From positions 109,678,001 to 109,742,000 of the forward strand of contig NW_026262668.1 of the NCBI RefSeq assembly GCF_021869535.1: a stretch of DNA of 64,000 nucleotides, in the 5' to 3' direction. Each line of letters starts with the position of its first letter. Position 1 is the first letter of the stretch. This DNA comes from Mytilus californianus (Eukaryota). A program made the translations under genes and the position numbers. Below, one piece after another: positions 26,612 through 38,255 of the stretch. The notes below the pieces were generated by a model. That model had not been told where the DNA came from. It worked only from the letters and a program-made list of their open reading frames with translations, and did not search any database.

Positions 26612-27611
26612 ATGATAGCATGTTGTTTACTTTTTTTAAATATTATCTGTGAAACTATATAATTTGAACTATACGTAAACGAACTCCTTTTGTTTGATTT
26701 TTTTTATTATGTGTTATGATAATTGAACTAGAAGCTCGTTATACTGATATTTTTCAAAATATTTATCTTTGCTGCATATTGAAGAAAAAATATTGGAAAA
26801 CATCACGAATATACAAAAGCTCTGTCAATTTCAGAGTTATTCTTTAGCATCGTGGAATTTCAAAAAAAATCTACATATAGTTACAATCGGTAAGTTTTTC
26901 GAATTTAACGGTATAAAATTTTTGTTTGTAAACAAAATCAAGGAAAACTATTTTTACAAGAATGATTATCCGTTGAATAATTTTATATTTTTCTAAGAAT
27001 TGTGAGAACAGGTCGCCTCAATTTTTGTACATACATGCGCTGTCTTCTTTATTTAAATGTTTATATCATGAGAATGTCCATTTGAGTATTCCTAGTGACT
27101 TAAATTAAAAAGCATTTTATATTTGCTGCATATCAAATAATTTTGTTGAAATTTTGTCCTGAACTTTTTTAAACTAGTTGCTAAAATATATAAACAGAAT
27201 TGCCATGTTCCATTAATTAAACAACCAGTTGAAAATAAAATAAAATAAGTTTGGTACATGTACGTGAGAAATTAATTTCCATAGCAGCATTGCATACCTA
27301 TTACACAAACATTCCATAGTATGTTGTCCTCATCGTGTGATACATTAAGAAGAAAATGATAGCAGTATATGGTATTTTTTTTCTTCTCTTAATTGCTACT
27401 ATTTACCTAAACGTTTTCTTGTGAACTAATGATAAAAAGCGTCATCAAGGGGAACGTTCAAAACATTAGAGTTTAATTTCTCAGTATTTGCAGGGGAGGT
27501 AACTTTAACTCCTAGATTTTCCTCGTAAGTATATATACTAATACAATAATTTTCACGTTTAGATAAAAGATAACATTGCTACTGTTTCCAGCAATTTGGT
27601 AAACATCAATC

Positions 27612-27687
27612 ATGCCTACAAAGTATTCGGTGCTGTTTTTCTTCTTGGTTCTGGTGAATGAGAATTACTTTGCTTTTAAACAGTACC
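27612..27687 (+). CDS. Probable first coding exon (signal peptide) of an unidentified secreted or membrane protein
   Basis: ATG CCT ACA AAG... = MPTKYSVLFFFLVLVNENYFAFKQY, followed by a strong donor C|GTAAGT (phase 1). Confidence 0.5.
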
Positions 27688-28895
27688 GTAAGTATAATTA
27701 TATAAATTTAAAGGTCATTAACAACGAGGTACTTTAATCTATGCCGTGGCGTAGGAGTTGACTGAAAAATTGGGAGGGGCAAACTTTTAAAATTATTCTA
27801 CAATTATACACACATCTTAGACTAGTGTGAAGCTAGGCGGCGTTAATATTCATAAACCAACCAGAGAAGAGGCCGCGTTCGATGAAGTAGTGTAGGTTAT
27901 TAAAAGATTATGAGTACAAATTAACTTTTATAAGTTATATTCTAGAAATAAGTCACTGTCGTCTTTGTTTTATTGTTTTATTTTTTATTGCCAGATCAGT
28001 ATATAAAATATTCAGCTTTTGTCACAACAAATTTTTGGCATTAGTTGTTTGTTAAAAAAACATAAAGTGCACTACAAGATATTATTAGCTACACTGACAC
28101 TTTAGATTAAACTATAAATGTTTTGATAATTACAACAGAGAGATGACTATTAACTTGTCATAAAATCTAGATACACCATCCATAAAAAAAACTCCAGTAG
28201 CAACTTGAACTGCAAGATCTTAAAAAATTGACTCAAAATTGATCTTTCAATGTATTCTACCAACAACTCAAAAGACTAAGAAGTTGAATTAGCTCATTTT
28301 TCTTCACTTATTGAATAATCATGAAATATTAGGATAATTATTTCAAGTTGTTACCTGTTCCTAGTTGTTTTCTTCTGAATTTGCAGGTTCAGATCATATT
28401 ACCAGTATGTTTTGTTTACCGTACTAAAACTATAGTTTGAAAGAAATCATTTTTGATAGGATAACGTATCCTAATGATCTTACATATGGTTAGGGTCACT
28501 TTATGTTTAGTTTGTCATGTTTGACCTTTCTTTTTGTTTTATGATATTTATTCAGGTCTTTCACTAAGACAAAGGCTAATTATACATTTTTATGATTATT
28601 CTTATTTTTTATATATTTATTAGGATAGCTACTTTTATTAATATATTTATGATTGATCATGTTACTTTTTATTTTTATTTTTAGAATGATTATTGTGGAA
28701 CTAAGGATAAGCATAATTGATGAATATTAGGTTTTTTTAGACGTACGAGTGTAAGAGTAACAGAAGTTCTACTTAATTCATATGTAATAAAAAACAATTT
28801 TCAAATTTGGTGCGTTCTATGCTACTATGCATTAACCCCATCATTATTTGATTTTTTAATACAAGTCATCAAATATTTATCCTACATTTTTACAG

Positions 28896-29137
28896 GAAGT
28901 TTGACAGATAAATCACATTGCTCAAACCCGTTGAAGGCGGTTTTTCTTCGAAATGAGTCAGACGAAGCCGTGATAACATGGCAAGGTGGTGTAATCCAAG
29001 GTTGCCGTATAAGTGTAAGGCCTTGGGAAGAAACAGCCAACAGCGACCAAATGTGTCTCAGTATTGTTACAAACAATATTCCATGCGACAAAAATGTGAC
29101 TCTATCATTTATAACCAAACAAGATCTCAAAACTACG
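28896..29137 (+). CDS. Probable second coding exon (Cys-containing extracellular domain)
   Basis: Acceptor catttttacag. Phase 1 joins exon 1 in frame (C|GA = Arg) into the open frame SLTDKSHC..VITW..GCRI..MCLS..IPCDK. Candidate donor GTATTT at 29138. Confidence 0.55.
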
Positions 29138-29902
29138 GTATTTATAAATTTAAACTATTATCAAAGTTTGCATTAGTAAATACGTTTCAAACCATTAATC
29201 TTTTAACCCCATTAAGAACATGTATTTTCTTTGTCTGCATACCTCGATTTGGAGATATGTGATCCTAATAAAAAAAAAGGCAATCAAAGTTTCCAAGAAG
29301 CTACAAATTTTAACAAATTCTTCTCTTTGATATCATATTTTTAGGACTCTTTTAATTCAAGATAAATAACAATAAAACGTGACCATGACACATCTGACGA
29401 CAGGAAATGTTGTTTGATAAAATTCTAAAACATACAGATAAATTCTGCAGACGAAGCTGCATTCATTAAAAAAAAAACCGTCGCGGTTAATGAATTATCA
29501 ATAGGACAGACAACGAATGGGTCAATATTTCTCTTATACATCCATTTTCTTTCTCTTCAACTAATACAAAAATGTGTATTACATCGTGACACAAATTTTT
29601 TTTTCTTTCGTTTATTCTGATAAAACTGATTTTTTCTAACTTCTTTTGTGCACTTTCCCCATTTTATATCAAACTTTTAAACAGATATAAAATTATTAAA
29701 AACCAGTTGTCCTAGAAGGTCTTTTACCTCAAAAGTTGATAATTAAGGTTTATAAGATAATTGTTCTTACACAGATTTCCAATATATATATTTTTTAGTT
29801 CTGTCTTTGAATAAGAGAGATGATCAGCTACTTACATTGTCAAAAAGTCATTTTGAATGGTAAAAAAAAACTCATCAAATATAAAAGGCTTATAGTTTTG
29901 AA

Positions 29903-29944
29903 CGTCAGACGCGCGTTTCGTTTACAAAAGACTCACCAATGACG
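29903..29944 (-). ncRNA. Type I minimal hammerhead ribozyme with decayed core
   Basis: cgtca-TTGGTGA-gtc ttttgta aac-GAAA-cGCGCg-TC-tgacg. Perfect 5-bp stem I, GAAA and GUC site present; CUGAUGA carries two substitutions. Confidence 0.65.
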
Positions 29945-30258
29945 ATTGAATCAAAAAAAAGTTAAAATGCCAAATCAAGTACGAATTTTAAGACCAATGA
30001 GGGACACAAAAATTCCGAAAAGTGTTCGCCAAATACAGCTAAGGTAATGCATTCCTGAGGATAGAAAATCCTTTTTTTTCGAACAGTTTTTGTAAAATTT
30101 TAATTTATAAGAATGACCATAGCAATGATATGTCATGTCAAAACAAAAGTGCTGACTACTGGACTGGTAACACCCTCGGGAAGGAAACCTCCACCAGCAG
30201 TGGTATTGACCAAGTGGTTGTAAAACATCTCATTAAATATACCATCAAATATTAATTA

Positions 30259-32747
30259 CTGTGACTTGACTATGGGTGTCACTGTATAACTTTACCTATA
30301 GCTCAAAAAGATTTTGAAATTGACAATACAATAGGGACATTTAAATTGACCAGTTGGTATTGTTAGATTTAAATCTACCTTGATTCTACCTGTACATTTT
30401 TTTATTTACCTATTCCAACCTTACAGCATGCTTTTTTCCTGAAGTTTTTCGTTACCTAGGATTATTCTTTTTAAAAATTGATAGGGAAGAAAATATATTT
30501 GGTTTTCATTGTTTTAAATCCCCAATATATATGATTTATCTAATTTTTACCTAAAATTCTAAATCAGTAAAAGATTTAATAAATATTTGTTGAAAACTTC
30601 TGATTTAATAAAATAAAAACACTTTCCCATGTTTTTTATTAGAGAATCCTTAAACAAGTAAAGGAAATAAACATTGTCACTACAATCGTTTTATCATTGA
30701 AATAAGTGTATTCCTAGAAGTAATTGGTCATACAATTGCCAAAGAAACAATATTTAGAAGGAAATAAAGAGATTTTTTTATTTTACTGTCATTTAAAATA
30801 TTAGGAGTGATCAAGCCAAAACAAGAATGAATATATGTTCTTTTCTTGCAGGGTATTTAATTGCATGGCCTATAATGCACTCCATTTCATCTTATGTTTT
30901 CATAGCCAAATACTAGGAGTGTTTGGTACCCCGAATAATCAAGTCCTTATATTTCACTCACTTCGATCGCTACATTATTTCATTTGTATTGTTGAAAAAA
31001 ACTATCTTTTTTTTTTATCTCTTTGCCCTTTTCTAATGGGAGATAACTCAATATAATTTGCTTTTGCTCTTGTGGAAAACTTAATAAATTTATTATTTCC
31101 ATAATTTGATGAATAATTATTGACATGTTCCTTGTACAAATTGTTTATGCATATTGAAATATCAAAATCATAGTTGAATAAACAATTTTATTTATTTATT
31201 GACACTGATATTTGACATCTCATCCAGAATTCCAAAGATTTTGAATTTTTTCTTAATTTCATTAACTTTTTGGATTTTTTTCTCACTTTTTTTCACTACG
31301 TCACTAGATTTTTTTCTATATCCATAGTATATCCTGTTTAATTTCCCATGGTATACATCCCAATTAAACAGGTGCAGAATCTTTATATAATTCAGAATCT
31401 TGTAATTTTTTTATCATTTCCATTATTATATTCAAAATAGTTATTCTCACTTTACAAATATTTTGTAATATCTTATTCATATTTTTACTATATCACTTGA
31501 TTTAACTATATCTACAGTATACATTTTTATTTCATTTCCTGTGATATATCTCGAAATTAAACAATATTTGATCCAGAATTTTATAATGATTATTTCCAAT
31601 TTCACATTCACTTAAAACATATCCTCACGTTAGGAATATTTTGGAATATTTTACTTTTATTTTGCACTTTATCACTAGATTAGACTATATCCACTGCATT
31701 AATTCAACATTTTATTTCATTTCCAAGATCCCATTTAAATGGTGAATCATCTTTTTAATAGATCCCAAAATTAATAATGCATGTTTTCAAAATCACATTT
31801 AAAGCCACAGAAACATGTTGGTTGAACTCACACTATATCTCCTACTTGAATTCCAGTTTTGAAACTTTTTAATCTTTAACATAACTAAAATCCCATCTTA
31901 TGAAAATTGAATTTCCTTGAGTGAACACAGCAGTTTATGCACAAAAGTCCTACTAATATTATAGTAGATTTCAAAGAAAAACAATGCAAGGTATACTCCA
32001 AAATTATTTCGAATTTTACATGTACATCATCATATGTAACCCCACAAAACAGTTTGAATGAATTATTTCCTCCTTGATACCTTCATGACAATACATTCTT
32101 GGAAAAAACAAGTCACATTTTAAGAAGCAAAATTACTATAAAAAGTCTGAGAAGTGAATTCAAATAAAATAAATCCAATATTGTATGCACAATGATACCA
32201 ATAGATTTCAAACATTGTAAAATAATAATCCAAAATAGAAATCTTGAAGGGTCATGTGAAGAAATGAACAGCATATCCATCTGAAAGCTTAAACTGTAAA
32301 CACCTGAACAGCTATTTCTTGTTTCACAGGCAGCTGGACAATACTATGTATAAGGGTTAAAATTTTAAAGAAGCATTTATTATGTAAAAACATTTTAAAT
32401 TTTCAAACATATTAACACGTAGTTAATTTAATCTTTTACTGATTTAGAATTTTAGGTATAAATTAGATAAATCATATATATTGGGGATTTAAAACAATGA
32501 AAACCAAATATATTTTCTTCTCTATCAATTTTTGAATAGAATAATCCTAGGTAAAGAAAAACTTCAGGAAAAAAGCATGCTGTAAGGTTAGAATAGGTAA
32601 ATAAAAAACTGTACAGGTAGCATCAAGGTAGGTTTAAATCTAAAAATACCAACTGGTCAATTTAAATGTCCCTATTGTGTTGTCAATTTTTAAATCTTTT
32701 TGAGCTATAGGTAAAGTTATACAGTAACACCCATCGTCAAGTCACTG
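30259..32747. mobile_element. 2.5-kb element with ~320-bp TIRs and TA TSD (Tc1/mariner-like termini), no intact ORF
   Basis: 30259-30577 is the reverse complement of 32430-32747. Ends read TA|CTGTGAC ... GTCACTG|TA (CAGTG-type terminus). Confidence 0.85.
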
Positions 32748-33227
32748 TAACAAGTACCCAATTCCGTACCATTTTATACTTTATAAACCATCTCAACGTT
32801 GATTCTGAGACTAATTAAAACCGTAGTCAAAACTTATCATTAACAAAAATGTAAAATTTGAAATAACTACTAACAGGACAATGGAAACACACTTGTTTTG
32901 TCCTCTGTTTCAGGTTAAGATTAGAAAAGGAAAGAAAAATTATTGGACATTAGTTTAATTTAATTATTTTCCAGGAGCCTTTTTTTTTATTATTTTTCCA
33001 AAAACATACAATTACCTGCAGGGGTCTGTTGTTCAACTTGTCGTTAAATTAAACGAGTCGTTAAATTTTACTAATCACTGCGTTAAAAATTTAATCAGTC
33101 CATTATCATGTTGTTCAACTTGTCGTTAAATTTAACGAGTCGTTTAAAATTGTCAAAGTGTCGTTATATTTAATCGACCTCATTGAGGTTGATTAAATTT
33201 TAATCAGTTGATTAACCTCAATCTAAG

Positions 33228-36200
33228 ATGGCTGTCAATGTATTGTTTCAACCACCTATTGTAAGGAGAGAGCGACATTTTCGTGGATTTGACCCTCTTG
33301 AAAGGAAATTTTCTGATGAGGAGCTAAGGCAGAGGTATAGATTTGGCAGAGAGACCATTGAGTACTTGTCTGATTTAATGAGAGGGGATCTGGAGCGTGG
33401 GACAAATAAGGAGACAGCCCTTTCAGTGGAACAACAGGTTATGATTGCCTTGAGGTTTTATGGCAGTGGATCTCATTTGCAAGTTGTTGGGGACACAATG
33501 GGATTTGACAAATCAACTGTGTCTCGGGTGATCGACCGTGTGACGGAGTTATTAGTTGCCAGGAAGGACGAGTTCATATTGTGGCCAGATAACCAGAGGA
33601 AGAACGTAATAAGGGCTGGGTTTTATGAAAAGGCTGGGTTTCCAAACGTGGTTGGATGCATTGATGGGACCCACATAAAGATTACTGGGCCTAGCATTGA
33701 TGAACCAGCATTTGTTAACAGAAAGGGGTTCCACAGCATCAACGTACAAGCCATTTGTGACCATGAAGGTAATTTAAAACACTATATTCTACCTATTTTA
33801 TGTTTACAACATGCATTGTGTGCGTCCTTTTTCTTGACATATTCAATCGGCAGATTCCATATAAGAATTTCTGACATAAGATTTGACAGACTTTATTTTT
33901 TCTGACATAAGATTTGACAGACTTTATTTTTTCTGACATAAGATTTTGACAGACTTTATTATTTCTGATATAAGATTTGACAGACTTTATTTTTTCTGAC
34001 ATAAGATTTGACAGACTTTATTATTTCTGACATAAGATTTGACAGACAAATTGAGTTTCTGACATAAGATTTTGACAGACTTGATTCTGACATAAGATTT
34101 TTCATACATAAGATATTTTGACAGACAATATATATTTGTTTTTTTTTGACTGACATTGGAAATCAAATCCTAGTTGAAAGTCATCTTTAAAACTCCTGGA
34201 AAATACTGTAGCCTAACATCTAACAAGATTTCACTACAGGTCAAAGAACTTTAACTGTTAGCACATTCAAATGTTTCAGACATAAGAAAACAAGTTTGAC
34301 AGATCTTATGTAGGAAACATATAAGTTAAAACTATTGCTTGAATAAAGTTAAATGAAAGAATCAACATGTGTTTTTTCTTATGCACTTACAGTTTTAACT
34401 GGCATATATTGGAACCTACAATGATTTTGAAAGTTTTTACAGCGATATTCCTGACATAAGATTTATTGACAGACACTGAGCTATAAAGCAAAATATTTGA
34501 AAGTGAAAAAAAATATATATCACAGATGTTTTTGACTAAAAAAAGTAACAAATTTGGGAACAGGGATGTTTGAATAACCAGACTACACTAGTAAATACCA
34601 GTATACAAGTGTCAACATAAAGCATTGCAACACATAAACATTGTTTAAAAAAATTGGAGTTAATTCTGTCAAAATGTTTGCATTTTTTCAACTTGTTTTA
34701 ATCATTTCTACTTTAAACGGAAACAATCATATCCAAAAATTATTTTTATAATTTCTTTTAACATCATTATTCCTCAAAACATTCACAGATTATCTTTAAA
34801 ATAACAGTAATTATTATTTTTATTTATTTATTCATTTTGACAGACATTTCAATTTCTTATATGGAATCTGCCAATCGTCCTTGACCATATACAATATTGG
34901 CTGGTTTTCTGTTGAACTGGTTTTCAGCTAATTTGAAAATTGATGGAAAAAGATAGACAACTCAATCATGTCATATACTTTTTATTGGATCCGTAAAATC
35001 AATGCGTTTACCGTTTCACTTTCAAATATGATGGATCGAGTGAACTGCTAAGTGTTTATGATCGTTTATGCTTAATACATAAATTTATTGATCAAAATAG
35101 TTTTAAAGATGTGCCCATCCACCCCTATCTGCTTCAGGTAGAATTTGGTCAGGCTTAAACTTTGAAACGACAACGTAAATAGTGTGCCTCACGTAGATTG
35201 CAGAAATTCTGGAATCTACCTCTAAATGTTTCTGTGTCAGAGGAGACAGAAATCACTCCCCCCCCCCAAAAAAAAAAAACACCACCAAACATAATAATTG
35301 TCCAATCATCAAAATATTTCGCCCCCCCCCCCCCCATTCCTTCCGGTTGGGAAATAGTGACCAATCCCCAAGCCAGTCATTGTTCAATACATTTAAAAAA
35401 AAAGGGAGCATAACTTCTGTGCAATGTATTGTTTATCTGAATTGTTACTATACATATTTTGTTTTCACCACATTGCAAATTCGGCCAATATTTTAATGAC
35501 TGGAACTATAATGGACAAACTATGCATGCATAAAAAAGAAGATGTGGTATTATTGCTAATGAGACAACTCTCCACCAGAGATTAAATGACACAGAAATAA
35601 ACAGCTATGGGTCACCATACTTTATTCACAATCACTGCCTTGCTTTGCATTGACAAATGAATTATCACGGAACCTACTTTTTCCCCTTTTTTAATTATCA
35701 TAATTTTGTTTAAAGGTAGATTCACCAACATCAGCGCTAGGTGGCCAGGATCAGCACATGATTCTCATGTTTTCAGAACCTCAGCCATAGGACAACATCT
35801 TGAGAATGGATATCAAGGAATTGGACAAGGTGTATTGTTAGGAGACAGTGGCTATCCCTGCAGACAGTTTTTGCTGACACCATACAGACAACCAGCTGCT
35901 GGTAGAGGTCAAGCAAGGTTTAACAGAAGACATTGCTCAACAAGGTCAACAATAGAAAGGACATTTGGAATATGGAAGAAGCGCTTTCACATTCTAGGAT
36001 CAGAGGTAAAATTAATTCTTTACAAATAATCATAGTAGTAATATGAATATTTGACATAGTGTTTGCCCTTATATTTTAAAAGTTATGTTGTTTTTTTCTT
36101 GTGAGAGCTGTCTACTTAATCTTTCATTAGTACATTTTTTCTATTTCTCTAAATTTTGGTTTAGGTATTCATAATTGTCCCCTTCTATGTCAGGGCCTTT

Positions 36201-37153
36201 TATAGCCTACTATAAGGTATTTTTTTTATTGCTGACGGCCCGGCGTACGGTTGCCTATAATTGCTTACATCCACTTAATTCATTTTAACTTTGTAGGATA
36301 TATACATTTTAGTTATAAAATTGACAATCATACCAAATCTCCTTATTTTTATATGTAAAAAAAACCGAGGAAACTGAAAAATCTGCGACTCTTTTCACAC
36401 AAAATCTTAAGAGTAAAAATACTCGTAAGTCATACACATTTCAGTATAACTTACGATCAATTTTAATCGTAAGATATTTTGTGAAAAGAGTTGCAGTTGT
36501 ATATTAAAGGGCCGATAAAGCTGACCTCAGAAACACGTAAAATGTCAAGCCCTGACAAAAACACAATTCATCACACAGATCAAAACCCTAAAATTATACG
36601 GAGAACAGGAATCGAGTTGGAAAATTGGTAATGTTGGTTCGGTAAACTCAGGTAGTCCTGTTGGGGTAGATGCTCCAAGTTAGTCATTACTGTAACTATA
36701 ATAAATAGTGAATGAAACAGTACATCATCAGTTGGACTTTTTGCTCAGCTTCATACCTGATTTTGTCCTTTTTTCATTAATAGTGTTTTCAAATATGCAC
36801 ATGTCACATTGTGTTTCTGTTACTGAAAGTAATTTTTTTCGTAATAGATTTATTTAATCTCAGCCTTATTCATGAACAACGTTGCATCATGCTACTTACA
36901 AATAGTATTTCTGTCACACTTTAAAATTAGAAATAAATGTTTTTAAATTGTATTCCAGATCCGAATGAAACCAGATAAAGCTTGCCGTATCATCATTGCT
37001 TGTGGTGTTCTGCACAATATTGCCATCATAAGGAATGAACCTGACGTTGCAGAAGAACAATTAATTGACAATCAACCTCAGATGCCACCCTATAAAGGTC
37101 CACAGGACGGAAAAGGCATACGGGACCATTTTGCTACCACTTTTTTTGCCTAA
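33228..37153 (+). CDS. Harbinger DDE transposase (HARBI1-like), 3 exons: 33228-33768, 35716-36005, 36959-37153; 341 aa, intact
   Basis: GT-AG introns with matching phases (1, 0); total 1026 nt. Motifs [42 protein letters not shown]. Confidence 0.92.
33849..34872. mobile_element. 1024-bp MITE in transposase intron 1, with 4-bp TSD and an internal ~31-bp minisatellite
   Basis: TIR GGCAGATTCCATATAAGAA / TTCTTATATGGAATCTGCC; AATC on both flanks. TCTGACATAAGATTTGACAGACTTTATT units run over about 33870-34125. Confidence 0.8.
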
Positions 37154-37824
37154 TAAATTGCATGTTTTTATTTTTTCATATTTTGATACATTGTCATTCA
37201 TTAAAAAAATGAGGAAATTTGAAAATAGCAGCAAATCTTTATATGATCACTTTGACAATCTGTCGACAGAGGAAGTGTGCATTTTCGGCTTAAAAATCGG
37301 TATAGTAAATGGTGAGCAGTTAGTCGCCTATTAAATCAAAAACCCAGTAGCCATGCAACTGTACTGCAGTATAAAAATAAGAATATGTGGTAGGATTGCC
37401 AATTGATTATATCAATGACCATATGGTAAAATTTAAATTATTTAAATGCCCGAAAAGGCGCAAGCCAGGTCTAACAGTGCAAGGGCTATATATAGCCAGT
37501 CAAGTTCATTTAAAACTTCCATCATCCTGATTGCCAATGAGACGATGGGGTATCCTAAAACAACAATTTACCCAAGACCAAATGTCCTCAATATCAGCAA
37601 TTATAGGTTCCATTGCAACAATTGTAAAACAATTCAGATAAGTTAAACCAATTGCCAGAATTATATAATAAATAAACAAAACAAAAAAAACAAATATGAA
37701 ATACATTAACAACAGACAACCATTAAAATTACAGGCTCCTGATTTTGGGAAGGTACATGTAGAATAATTGCAGCGAGGATCTAAAGACATTTCATTCCTT
37801 GCAAGAAGTCAAAAACGAAACATC

Positions 37825-38103
37825 GGAGCTAGCTACCATTTGATTTTTTTTTGGGGGGGGGGGGGGGGGTGCTAGGATGAAAAATTTTGTCTTGCATTTT
37901 TTGTTAAGTGTAATCTCTGTCCTGCCTTTTTTTATTAGATTATCCTGACTTTTTTTACATAAATTGTCATCCTGCCTTTTATTTGCCAAGTTGCTCATCC
38001 TGCCTTTTTTTTTCTCTCAAAACTCTTGTCCTGACTTTTTTTTCAAATTTCATCATAGCCACCCCCCCCCCCCCCCCCCATAAAAATTAAATGGTAGCTC
38101 CCT
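37825..38103. mobile_element. MITE between the two Harbinger genes, with poly-G/poly-C subterminal tracts
   Basis: AGCTACCATTTGATTTT..(G)n at left and (C)n..AAAATTAAATGGTAGCT at right. Confidence 0.7.
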
Positions 38104-38255
38104 TATGATTCTTTGAATGATGGAGGTGCATTGGGTGTTGCTAAATTGTAATTACTATTTTCTTTTACATAGGAGTGTGTACACAAAATGAATTTGGTGG
38201 CCTCATAATAATTTCTAAAATAAAAATAAACAATATAACAATGAATTTAATACGT

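Noticed and set aside
33769-33905. C-terminal 45 aa of the 225-aa ORF at 33228-33905
   Set aside because: Intron read-through; the real frame splices at 33768 to 35716.
33793-34156. ORF-track proteins with repeated [11 protein letters not shown]
   Set aside because: Translations of the minisatellite inside an intronic MITE.
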